DNA from: Eledone cirrhosa
Lineage: Eukaryota
Assembly: GCA_964016885.1 (NCBI GenBank)
Contig: OZ024749.1
Location: forward strand, 24,366,001 to 24,430,000
DNA length: 64,000 bases
Direction: 5' to 3'
Position numbers and translations under genes: made by a program. Below, piece after piece: positions 15,123 through 26,171 of the stretch (position 1 is the first letter of the stretch; each line of letters opens with the position of its first letter). The notes beneath the pieces were generated by a model. It was given only the letters and a program-made list of their open reading frames with translations. It searched no databases and had not been told where the DNA came from.

Positions 15123-15167
15123 AGTCATAGTTCTTTCGTCACACACTCTGTGACCTCTTCAGTGACT
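15123..15167 (-). ncRNA. Minimal type I hammerhead in P1 pseudo-LTR
   Basis: agtca-CTGAAGA-g-gtcac(agagtgt)gtgac-GAAAG-aa-CTA-tgact. Confidence 0.8.
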
Positions 15168-15463
15168 GGGGATTTCTTTCTTCGTTTCTGTGCCTTTCCT
15201 TTCTTCTATCCTACGCCATTTTGTTTGTGTGTGGGTTGCGTGCTCAGTTTGCGCATGCGCCACATCCGGGTGTCTGTGTGTGTTTGTGTTCATTTTTCTA
15301 TTTTTCTATTTATATTTGTTTGTTTATTTATTTATTTATTGTTGGTTGGTTGTTTGTTCTATGTGTGTGTGTGTTTTCATTTTGTCTTGTGTGTGTTTTC
15401 ATTTTGTGTGTGTTTTCAATTGCAAGTTGTTTATATATGTGTGTGTGTGTTTTCATTTTGTCC

Positions 15464-18400
15464 TTAATTGTAAGTTGTGATGTTGCTGTTCCACTCATAT
15501 TTTCTATTTAATTTTGGTTTTAATTCTTTTATGCTTACTGCCTCTGTAATTTGCCTAAACATTGCGTCTTTCTTGTGTGTGGATTCTATTTTTATTTCTA
15601 TGCTCTCTAATTTACCCCTGTGTTCTATCTTAGCATGTTGGTAGAGCACAGATGATTCTTTACTATCTTGGAGGTCTCGCCAGTGTTCATTTATTCGTTC
15701 CCCTATACTACGAGCTGTCTCACCTATGTACACTATATTTTTGTTTCTACATTGTCCCTCAGTACATCTTATGCTATATACTACATTTCTAGTTTTACAG
15801 TTAATATGGGGGCTTATTTTACAGGTTATACATTTCTTATCTATACATGAGGGTCTTTGGAACGGGTATGTCTTGCTAATAAGTGTTTTTACGGAGGTAC
15901 CAGGTCTTTCTACTATCTTAATATTGAGATTATGTTTCTTTAGGGCCCTTCTAAATTTGTAGGCTAGTTCGCCTCTAGGGGTTGTATTGATGAACATTAC
16001 ACTCTGGTATTTATTGCTATCATACCATGAGTTTATTCTATTGGCCTTGTTCTTAGTTCTTTCTATTCTATTCCAAAATTTGCTCCTATACAAGGGGCAG
16101 GTCCCATTTATGTCATTATTTACCATTTTTTCCCATTTGGTTCTGGCTCCTTTATACACTCTGATTCTATCTCTCTGATTGTAGCCAGAGAACTGCATAC
16201 GGTGGATAAAGTGTTGTATGTGTCTCTCTAGTTCTTCGGGGTTGCACATGCGGGACACATTTCTCATCACCCGTATCAAATCCGCAATCAGTATGTTGAT
16301 TTTGGTATGGTCCGAAATGGCCGAGTTTCGGTGGATCAGATGTTTGGAAGTCATGGGTTTGGCATAATGGGAATGGAGGATTTGTTTTTGGTTGTTAATA
16401 GTATCTAACCAGAGCTCTGTGTCTAGTACAGGTAATCGATGGTTGGGGTGTCTACTTGGGTAGTCTATAGTAACTCTAATGCTCTGGTGGATGGAGTTTG
16501 CTATTTGCTGGATGCTTTCCATTGTGTTTTTCTCAGGTTCCTGACTGTTCTTTAGTGGGGGTGTCTTAACTACGATGTTTATATCATCTACGTAGCGGGA
16601 GTACATTATCAGGGTTAAGCTGTCTTCTAATTGTTCTTTAAGTTTTTGTTTAAGTCTACTGTCCCACCATACCATGAACAAGTTAGCTATGTCGCCTGCA
16701 ATGCTAACACCAATGGCTGCTCCTTCCTCTTGGGCATATGTTTTACCATTAAATTTGAACATATGTTCCTTAAGGGTTAATTTTATGCTGGCCCCTACCG
16801 CATGTGCAATCATTTTCTTCAGTTCATCGTGGTTTTCGGGTGTCCGTATGGCTCTGGTCCACCCGTTCCATCTATCTGTGTGGGTTTTCTTGGCCATTGA
16901 GGTAATGGTAGGTGGTCTGCCTCTTGCTGGTCTTGTAGGGCACAGGTTGCTAAGGTCATAAGTGTCTAGGTAACTATTACTATGGGTAAGCTTAAGTAGA
17001 AGTCCCAGCTCACTGGTATCAATCCCACGGAACTCAACCTTGCTCTCGCTGATCATTTCGACGCATTTCTCCACAGCAAAATCCACGTCAATAGATGGAT
17101 ACAGGGACACAACATCCATACTGCCTATTATGCAGTTTGTTAGGTCCCCAGATCGGTTACCCGCGTCGATTCTGCTGAGGAGGTCCTCCGTGCTGTCACA
17201 CACATCTGGGGACATCTCAATGATGGGGCGTATGATCAGGGAGAGGAAGTAGGACAGTCTGTAGTTACTAGCAATGTTAGCCCCACAGACTGGCCGTGTT
17301 GGTGGTCCCGCGACAGGGTCCCAGCCCGTTTTATGGTCTTTTCGAAGCCCATACAACGCCGGCACGTCATTGTTCCAGGCCTGGAAGTTGTTGGCAGTCC
17401 TTTTGTTGGGCTGCATTATATTTGTCCACATCACCATATGGGCATTGAGGGTTTTTTCTCTATCCTCATGCTCCTGTGGTGTTACCTCTCTTGTGTTAGT
17501 GATGTGGGGTTGCATTGCCTGGATGTAGTTTGGCAGGCTGTCAACCGACATTCTGCCAGACTTGTCTGTTGGAAAGCATGCTATCTCTCCATTACGCGAG
17601 CGCTGCATGAGCTTACGCAAGCCATTTGCAGATTCTTCTCCCAGTTGCTGGGCTTCTATTCTATTATGCTTCTTGCTATACTGTTCTATAATATTTCTAA
17701 GTTCGGATTTAGCTATACTAAATTGTGCTTCTGTTTGTTCATCGACCTGCGACGGCAACTGCGTGCGTTTGTTAAATGGCAAAGTCGTGGCGTGGACTCG
17801 TCGTAGGTCGAATGATTTATCGGAGGGGTTATAAAACGGAGAGTTCCAGGCTGCTGCTTTATGTGTACTAGCGCTATTGTTAGTTGTGTTGTTTCTATTT
17901 CCACCAACAGCAGCAGCCTCAGCTTCATGGTTGTTTCTATGTCTCTCATAATTACTCCTGTCTCTTTCCACTGGCTCAATGTTGTTATCTACCCTATTTT
18001 GTGTGTCTGTGTGTTCGTCTTGGTTATTCTCTTTGTCCTTAGTCTCCCTACTCCTTTTAATCCTATTACTTTCTCTTATTTCTCTGATTTCTGTGCTACT
18101 GTCATTACTTGTTTTCTGTGTCTGTGTGTTTGTTAAGATTGTAGTGGTGGTGAGAGGCATTGAATGTGTGTGTGTTGTTGTTGTTGATGTGTGTTGTTGT
18201 TGATGTGTGTTGTTGTCTCCGTGTGTGTGTGTGTTATCGTTGTTGTGTGTGTTGTTATTGTTGTTTGTGTTTGCGTGTCTGTTGTTGTTGTATCTGGGTA
18301 TGTTGCTGTTGTTGTTGTTGTTGATGTGTGTGTTGTTGTTATTGTTGTCTCCGTGTGTGTTGTTATTGTTGTTTGTGTCTGCGTGTCTGTTGTATCTGGG

Positions 18401-18493
18401 TATGTTGCTATTGTTGGTATTGGAACTCTCCGTTTTATAACCCCTCCGATAAATCATTCGACCTACGACGAGTCCACGCCACGACTTTGCCAT
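15464..18493 (-). CDS. PLE reverse transcriptase + GIY-YIG endonuclease (N-terminus truncated and chimeric)
   Basis: PTDKSG, SMDVVSLYPSI, QEEGAAIG, RYVDD, LPVLD; Cys-rich linker; VVY..C...YIGET.R...R..EH...E...LN. First ~25 aa derive from the antisense strand of the right arm. Confidence 0.93.
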   Translation of the reverse strand: MAKSWRGLVVGRMIYRRGYKTESSNTNNSNIPRYNRHADTNNNNNTHGDNNNNNTHINNNNNSNIPRYNNNRHANTNNNNNTHNNDNTHTHGDNNTHQQQHTSTTTTHTHSMPLTTTTILTNTQTQKTSNDSSTEIREIRESNRIKRSRETKDKENNQDEHTDTQNRVDNNIEPVERDRSNYERHRNNHEAEAAAVGGNRNNTTNNSASTHKAAAWNSPFYNPSDKSFDLRRVHATTLPFNKRTQLPSQVDEQTEAQFSIAKSELRNIIEQYSKKHNRIEAQQLGEESANGLRKLMQRSRNGEIACFPTDKSGRMSVDSLPNYIQAMQPHITNTREVTPQEHEDREKTLNAHMVMWTNIMQPNKRTANNFQAWNNDVPALYGLRKDHKTGWDPVAGPPTRPVCGANIASNYRLSYFLSLIIRPIIEMSPDVCDSTEDLLSRIDAGNRSGDLTNCIIGSMDVVSLYPSIDVDFAVEKCVEMISESKVEFRGIDTSELGLLLKLTHSNSYLDTYDLSNLCPTRPARGRPPTITSMAKKTHTDRWNGWTRAIRTPENHDELKKMIAHAVGASIKLTLKEHMFKFNGKTYAQEEGAAIGVSIAGDIANLFMVWWDSRLKQKLKEQLEDSLTLIMYSRYVDDINIVVKTPPLKNSQEPEKNTMESIQQIANSIHQSIRVTIDYPSRHPNHRLPVLDTELWLDTINNQKQILHSHYAKPMTSKHLIHRNSAISDHTKINILIADLIRVMRNVSRMCNPEELERHIQHFIHRMQFSGYNQRDRIRVYKGARTKWEKMVNNDINGTCPLYRSKFWNRIERTKNKANRINSWYDSNKYQSVMFINTTPRGELAYKFRRALKKHNLNIKIVERPGTSVKTLISKTYPFQRPSCIDKKCITCKISPHINCKTRNVVYSIRCTEGQCRNKNIVYIGETARSIGERINEHWRDLQDSKESSVLYQHAKIEHRGKLESIEIKIESTHKKDAMFRQITEAVSIKELKPKLNRKYEWNSNITTYN

Positions 18494-20805
18494 TTAACAA
18501 ACGCACGCAGTTGCCGTCGCAGGTCGATGAACAAACAGAAGCACAATTTAGTATAGCTAAATCCGAACTTAGAAATATTATAGAACAGTATAGCAAGAAG
18601 CATAATAGAATAGAAGCCCAGCAACTGGGAGAAGAATCTGCAAATGGCTTGCGTAAGCTCATGCAGCGCTCGCGTAATGGAGAGATAGCATGCTTTCCAA
18701 CAGACAAGTCTGGCAGAATGTCGGTTGACAGCCTGCCAAACTACATCCAGGCAATGCAACCCCACATCACTAACACAAGAGAGGTAACACCACAGGAGCA
18801 TGAGGATAGAGAAAAAACCCTCAATGCCCATATGGTGATGTGGACAAATATAATGCAGCCCAACAAAAGGACTGCCAACAACTTCCAGGCCTGGAACAAT
18901 GACGTGCCGGCGTTGTATGGGCTTCGAAAAGACCATAAAACGGGCTGGGACCCTGTCGCGGGACCACCAACACGGCCAGTCTGTGGGGCTAACATTGCTA
19001 GTAACTACAGACTGTCCTACTTCCTCTCCCTGATCATACGCCCCATCATTGAGATGTCCCCAGATGTGTGTGACAGCACGGAGGACCTCCTCAGCAGAAT
19101 CGACGCGGGTAACCGATCTGGGGACCTAACAAACTGCATAATAGGCAGTATGGATGTTGTGTCCCTGTATCCATCTATTGACGTGGATTTTGCTGTGGAG
19201 AAATGCGTCGAAATGATCAGCGAGAGCAAGGTTGAGTTCCGTGGGATTGATACCAGTGAGCTGGGACTTCTACTTAAGCTTACCCATAGTAATAGTTACC
19301 TAGACACTTATGACCTTAGCAACCTGTGCCCTACAAGACCAGCAAGAGGCAGACCACCTACCATTACCTCAATGGCCAAGAAAACCCACACAGATAGATG
19401 GAACGGGTGGACCAGAGCCATACGGACACCCGAAAACCACGATGAACTGAAGAAAATGATTGCACATGCGGTAGGGGCCAGCATAAAATTAACCCTTAAG
19501 GAACATATGTTCAAATTTAATGGTAAAACATATGCCCAAGAGGAAGGAGCAGCCATTGGTGTTAGCATTGCAGGCGACATAGCTAACTTGTTCATGGTAT
19601 GGTGGGACAGTAGACTTAAACAAAAACTTAAAGAACAATTAGAAGACAGCTTAACCCTGATAATGTACTCCCGCTACGTAGATGATATAAACATCGTAGT
19701 TAAGACACCCCCACTAAAGAACAGTCAGGAACCTGAGAAAAACACAATGGAAAGCATCCAGCAAATAGCAAACTCCATCCACCAGAGCATTAGAGTTACT
19801 ATAGACTACCCAAGTAGACACCCCAACCATCGATTACCTGTACTAGACACAGAGCTCTGGTTAGATACTATTAACAACCAAAAACAAATCCTCCATTCCC
19901 ATTATGCCAAACCCATGACTTCCAAACATCTGATCCACCGAAACTCGGCCATTTCGGACCATACCAAAATCAACATACTGATTGCGGATTTGATACGGGT
20001 GATGAGAAATGTGTCCCGCATGTGCAACCCCGAAGAACTAGAGAGACACATACAACACTTCATCCACCGTATGCAGTTCTCTGGCTACAATCAGAGAGAT
20101 AGAATCAGAGTGTATAAAGGAGCCAGAACCAAATGGGAAAAAATGGTAAATAATGACATAAATGGGACCTGCCCCTTGTATAGGAGCAAATTTTGGAATA
20201 GAATAGAAAGAACTAAGAACAAGGCCAATAGAATAAACTCATGGTATGATAGCAATAAATACCAGAGTGTAATGTTCATCAATACAACCCCTAGAGGCGA
20301 ACTAGCCTACAAATTTAGAAGGGCCCTAAAGAAACATAATCTCAATATTAAGATAGTAGAAAGACCTGGTACCTCCGTAAAAACACTTATTAGCAAGACA
20401 TACCCGTTCCAAAGACCCTCATGTATAGATAAGAAATGTATAACCTGTAAAATAAGCCCCCATATTAACTGTAAAACTAGAAATGTAGTATATAGCATAA
20501 GATGTACTGAGGGACAATGTAGAAACAAAAATATAGTGTACATAGGTGAGACAGCTCGTAGTATAGGGGAACGAATAAATGAACACTGGCGAGACCTCCA
20601 AGATAGTAAAGAATCATCTGTGCTCTACCAACATGCTAAGATAGAACACAGGGGTAAATTAGAGAGCATAGAAATAAAAATAGAATCCACACACAAGAAA
20701 GACGCAATGTTTAGGCAAATTACAGAGGCAGTAAGCATAAAAGAATTAAAACCAAAATTAAATAGAAAATATGAGTGGAACAGCAACATCACAACTTACA
20801 ATTAA
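18328..20805 (+). CDS. Second copy of PLE RT + GIY-YIG (native sequence from 18421; start codon chimeric)
   Basis: Translation identical to the minus ORF from WNSPFYNP to the stop. Confidence 0.9.
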   Translation: MCCCYCCLRVCCYCCLCLRVCCIWVCCYCWYWNSPFYNPSDKSFDLRRVHATTLPFNKRTQLPSQVDEQTEAQFSIAKSELRNIIEQYSKKHNRIEAQQLGEESANGLRKLMQRSRNGEIACFPTDKSGRMSVDSLPNYIQAMQPHITNTREVTPQEHEDREKTLNAHMVMWTNIMQPNKRTANNFQAWNNDVPALYGLRKDHKTGWDPVAGPPTRPVCGANIASNYRLSYFLSLIIRPIIEMSPDVCDSTEDLLSRIDAGNRSGDLTNCIIGSMDVVSLYPSIDVDFAVEKCVEMISESKVEFRGIDTSELGLLLKLTHSNSYLDTYDLSNLCPTRPARGRPPTITSMAKKTHTDRWNGWTRAIRTPENHDELKKMIAHAVGASIKLTLKEHMFKFNGKTYAQEEGAAIGVSIAGDIANLFMVWWDSRLKQKLKEQLEDSLTLIMYSRYVDDINIVVKTPPLKNSQEPEKNTMESIQQIANSIHQSIRVTIDYPSRHPNHRLPVLDTELWLDTINNQKQILHSHYAKPMTSKHLIHRNSAISDHTKINILIADLIRVMRNVSRMCNPEELERHIQHFIHRMQFSGYNQRDRIRVYKGARTKWEKMVNNDINGTCPLYRSKFWNRIERTKNKANRINSWYDSNKYQSVMFINTTPRGELAYKFRRALKKHNLNIKIVERPGTSVKTLISKTYPFQRPSCIDKKCITCKISPHINCKTRNVVYSIRCTEGQCRNKNIVYIGETARSIGERINEHWRDLQDSKESSVLYQHAKIEHRGKLESIEIKIESTHKKDAMFRQITEAVSIKELKPKLNRKYEWNSNITTYN

Positions 20806-21101
20806 GGACAAAATGAAAACACACACACACATATATAAACAACTTACAATTGAAAACACACACAAAATGAAAACACACACAAGACAAAATGAAAACACAC
20901 ACACACATAGAACAAACAACCAACCAACAATAAATAAATAAATAAACAAACAAATATAAATAGAAAAATAGAAAAATGAACACAAACACACACAGACACC
21001 CGGATGTGGCGCATGCGCAAACTGAGCACGCAACCCACACACAAACAAAATGGCGTAGGATAGAAGAAAGGAAAGGCACAGAAACGAAGAAAGAAATCCC
21101 C

Positions 21102-21146
21102 AGTCACTGAAGAGGTCACAGAGTGTGTGACGAAAGAACTATGACT
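21102..21146 (+). ncRNA. Minimal type I hammerhead in P1 pseudo-LTR
   Basis: Mirror of 15123-15167; predicted cleavage after CUA (21141). Confidence 0.8.
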
Positions 21147-21297
21147 ATATATATATAAACAACTATCTGGTTGTGGAACCAACCAACCAACCAGAAATTT
21201 ATAAATTTGTAAATTTATAAATATATATTAAATTAAATTGAAGTGAAAGCAACTGGTGCGTGTGTTTCTTATTGGCAACATGACCCTCCCAAAGTAT

Positions 21298-21333
<36 letters not shown>

Positions 21334-21346
21334 ACAAATATATATG

Positions 21347-21387
<41 letters not shown>

Positions 21388-21400
21388 ACAAATATATATG

Positions 21401-21483
<83 letters not shown>

Positions 21484-21786
21484 ACAATATCGGAGAAAGC
21501 TTTTTAGTGATACACCGGCCAAATTCCAACTCACTCACCAAACATTAGGAAATAAGTGATTATATTCACAATTATGTGTTCGGGGTGTTGACTAAAAGTA
21601 TTGCGTGGAAAATTGGCTGTATTATTTCAAATGAGATATATCTAATATATCTCTTCCCAGACGGACGTCTCGTTTCATTACAGGATTACTACAATTTGGG
21701 TGAAATTATACCAATTTATGTAGGAGCTTGTATACCATCAATAGATATATATTCAAGTGGGCTCCTGTAATTCATCAGTGGGTGCG

Positions 21787-21927
<141 letters not shown>

Positions 21928-21960
21928 ATATGTATATACCTATATGTATATATATATATG

Positions 21961-21991
<31 letters not shown>

Positions 21992-22206
21992 GTGAAGGCG
22001 TGTGGCTGAGCGGTTAGAGAATTGGATTCGCAATCGTAAGGTTGTGAGTTCGATTCCTGGACCAGGCGACGCGTTATGTCCTTGAGCAAGACACTTTATT
22101 TCACGTTGCTTCTTCTACCTGGAGTTGTGACCGATAGATAGTATTAGCAATTGGAAAGACCAACGGAAACATTGTTCCCTCGGTCCGATTTGACGAAAGT
22201 CGATCG
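21992..22206 (+). mobile_element. tRNA-derived SINE (CORE/V-like central motif)
   Basis: A box tggctgagcgg, B box gagttcgattcc, tgtccttgagcaagacact; second copy at 49000-49214. Confidence 0.85.
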
Positions 22207-22558
22207 TTCCTCTATATATATACATATATATATATATATATACCTACATATGTATATATATGTACATATATATATATATATACGTACATATGTATATATA
22301 TATATACATATATTTATATACCTATATATATATACATATATATATATACCTATATATATATATATATATGTATACATATATATATATATATATATACATA
22401 CATATATATACCTATATATATATATGTATATATACATATATATATATACATATATATATACATATATACATATATATATATACCTATATATATATATTTA
22501 TTATATATACCTATATATATACCTATATATATAGCTATATATATACATATATATATAC

Positions 22559-22608
<50 letters not shown>

Positions 22609-22609
22609 C

Positions 22610-22681
<72 letters not shown>

Positions 22682-23071
22682 TAGAGAATTAGTATATCTA
22701 CCAACATATGTATACAGATGTATACACATGCTAGCAAATATATATGCTATGTCTAGTAACTTTGTGGTTCTATGCAGGGGGATGCAGACCAATTATATGA
22801 AAGACGTAAAATAAGAAGATTTTATAAATTAAAAATCAACTTACTAAAATTTTCACTCCAACTAAATAAATAACTATAGAGAATTCCTTACGTCATCAGG
22901 GAGTCTATTTTCAGCTAAATTCCCAGGCAATGCGCGGACACTAGGAACCCATATACAAATAATAATTCAGTGGATGGAACAAAGCTAGCGTGGACTAAAT
23001 TCCAAAGCACTGAAAAAGTTCACTGCTTCTTTGGTCAGTGGCAGATTCTAACGAATCAATCACGTGACACT

Positions 23072-23108
23072 GAGGTTAATCAGTGAGGAGTCCTCACTGA
23101 TTAACCTC
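23072..23108. repeat. Perfect 18-bp hairpin abutting (TA)n
   Basis: gaggttaatcagtgagga-g-tcctcactgattaacctc. Confidence 0.85.
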
Positions 23109-23191
23109 TATGTATATATACATATAGATATATATATATACATAAACGTATATATATACATATATATATATACATACATATACATATATAC

Positions 23192-23242
<51 letters not shown>

Positions 23243-23367
23243 CATATATATATACATATATATATGTATATATACATATACATATATATATACATATATA
23301 TATATATACACATATATATTATAAAAAATAAACCAAAGAAGCCTTCAATACATCAAAAGTCTTTATT

Positions 23368-23406
23368 AGCCAACAATGTTTCGTCCTATTAAGGACTCAT
23401 CAGGGC
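23368..23406 (-). ncRNA. Minimal canonical type I hammerhead (PLE pseudo-LTR remnant)
   Basis: gcc-CTGATGA-gtcc(ttaata)ggac-GAAAC-att-GTT-ggc followed by aataaa. Confidence 0.7.
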
Positions 23407-23703
23407 AAGTAAAGCTACAAGAAGCATTCTCGGCTAATACAAGCCAAATACTCAGAAGAATATGGAGTATACATTTATTAAAGCCTAGGAGGATATCAAA
23501 GAAAAGTTGGCTAAGATTAAGGGCGAGCAGTTACAAACATAGATATAGACAATATAGCAAGGAAGTGATTAACATGTTGAACCCACATTGTAAATGCTAT
23601 ATAATGCAAAAACTTGAAACACAAATGGCAATATAATGCAAGAATTACAGTACGTTATAGAATATAATATAATATAATAGATGGTGATAATAAAAAGCTT
23701 AAC

Positions 23704-23777
<74 letters not shown>

Positions 23778-24310
23778 TAGTACAAACACAAACTAACACT
23801 TATTAAGTATTTAAATATATATGTATATATTGTTTACAGTATAATATAATAAAGATAAAAATAAGAATAAAGATAAAAATAAAAATAAAATATAACATAT
23901 AATTCTCTGTCAGTGTGCATAAACAATATAAAAACATTATAATAACATTATTATAATAATATTATAATATATTGGCATCAAAAGATATACAAAATTACAT
24001 CATATATATAATTAATTCAAGGTTAACAAATAGTATAAAGTTTTACACAGGGTAAGAAAAAATTCATATAGAACTAAATAATGTTGAAAAATTGAGTTGA
24101 AAAAAATAATTATACCATATATAGATAAATCTACCAAAAGTTTACGGTTGTGTCCAATCCGTATGAAGAACTCAATGTAATCCGGATATCATGAAAAGAG
24201 AAGATGCATTCAAAAACTACTTTCGGTGAAAAATATACGGAAAACAGAGTCAAGATAAATTAATAAAATAATGAATAAACAAAGAAACAGTTCCTTATAT
24301 TTAAAAAAAT

Positions 24311-24452
24311 TCATCATTTTACGATCGTTTCTAGGATATATATGTGTTAGAGTTGGTATGCATATTCTATAGATCTATGTACAATATTTATACAAACTAT
24401 CAGAGGGAATATACATACCTACACATATATATGCTGTCTTCAGAAATAATGA
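24311..24452 (-). ncRNA. Type I hammerhead (family N1)
   Basis: Same motif as 30248-30389. Confidence 0.8.
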
Positions 24453-25084
24453 TATTTGTTTATTGAAAAAAAGAAAGATTCAATACAATAGGTCTGTTTG
24501 GGAACAGGTTTTGAATTGACCAATAGAGAGATAGTGAGGGTCAGGATAGTAATATAGTAGTAGAAGAACCTTAAATTATTGGTAGAGGAAGGTAGATTTC
24601 AGTTTGGATGGAAAAGAATATTATGAATGAAGGATTATTTTAGGGAATAAATAGGTCTTATGCTGACCTCAGAAATAATTTTATTTGTTCATTGAATAAA
24701 ACCAACAAAGATCTAATATATTCTGTCTGTATGGTAAGAGGTTTAGAATTAACCAAATAGAAAGTTAATAATTGGCCAAATGGTAAAATAGTAGTAATTG
24801 AAGCTTATTTTAGGGGTGAAAATAGGTCAGGTGGTCAGTAAAAGGTATACAAGCAGTTGCTGTTATAAAATAGTAATGCCAATACAAATATCTAAGGTGA
24901 CTAAAGTATTAAGATACGAATGTTAGTGAAAAAAATACATCTATGAAAAGAATATAAATTAATGTAATTAATGGGTATAATTTATATTGATAAAATTATA
25001 CTAATACATATAGATATGATAAATAAGTGTTAGATGCAGTTGAAAAGTGCTGTTAAAGATGAGGGGAAATTAAAAGAATATAAA

Positions 25085-25169
<85 letters not shown>

Positions 25170-25178
25170 TATACACAT

Positions 25179-25262
<84 letters not shown>

Positions 25263-25263
<1 letters not shown>

Positions 25264-25622
25264 CACTTAAACAATTAAGTTAAAAATGTACATCCACATA
25301 TGTATACTGAAATACTAGTATGCATATGAATACACACACGTATACATATGTAGATGTACCAAGTTTTTCACTGGTCACTTTACTGTGAGTGTCCAGCTAT
25401 TCTGTATGCTATTACATACAGAATAGCTGGACACTCACAGTAAAGTGACCAGTGAAAAACTTGGTACATCTACATATGTATACGTGTGTGTATTCATATG
25501 CATACTAGTATTTCAGTATACATATGTGGATGTACATTTTTAACTTAATTGTTTAAGCGTCAGTCATACAAAAGTGAGTTACAAACGAAACGAAATTTAA
25601 TTTTGTTTCGTTATTTGTTTTT
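25263..25622. mobile_element. Perfect 143-bp-arm palindrome plus ~65-bp tail nested in (TA)n
   Basis: 25266-25408 / 25415-25557, loop ctatta. Confidence 0.85.
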
Positions 25623-26171
25623 ATATACACTTACATATACACATATATATACATATGTATACACACACACACATACACACATATAGATATATATATATAT
25701 ACACATATATACACACATATACATATATATATATATATATATATACATAGATATATACATGCATATATACATACATAAACATACACATACACACAACTAT
25801 ACACTCATATATACATATAATTGTTGGGGGGGGGGTATTAAATTTATTAGTGAGAAATAGTAAATATATATAGTTTTCAAGGAACATAGAGTCATAACCT
25901 GAAGTTAAAACATTATATATGTTTACTTAATGGTATCAGTTTTAGGAAATGATATTTGTAAGAAGGTAAGCAAAATTATGTAGTACATCAGTAGTAGAAT
26001 ATTAATTATAGGTTAATTAAATTAAAAATAGTTTATCTATTAATTTCTAAAGTGTATATTAATTAGGTTTATAATTTTTAAAGCAGAATTATGCAGTTCA
26101 TCAGTAGTAGAATATTAATTATAGGTTAACTAAATTAAAAATAATTTATAAATTAATTTCTAAAGTATATA

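Noticed and set aside
21992-22062. tRNA gene
   Set aside because: No proper acceptor stem; continues into a SINE body with a second dispersed copy
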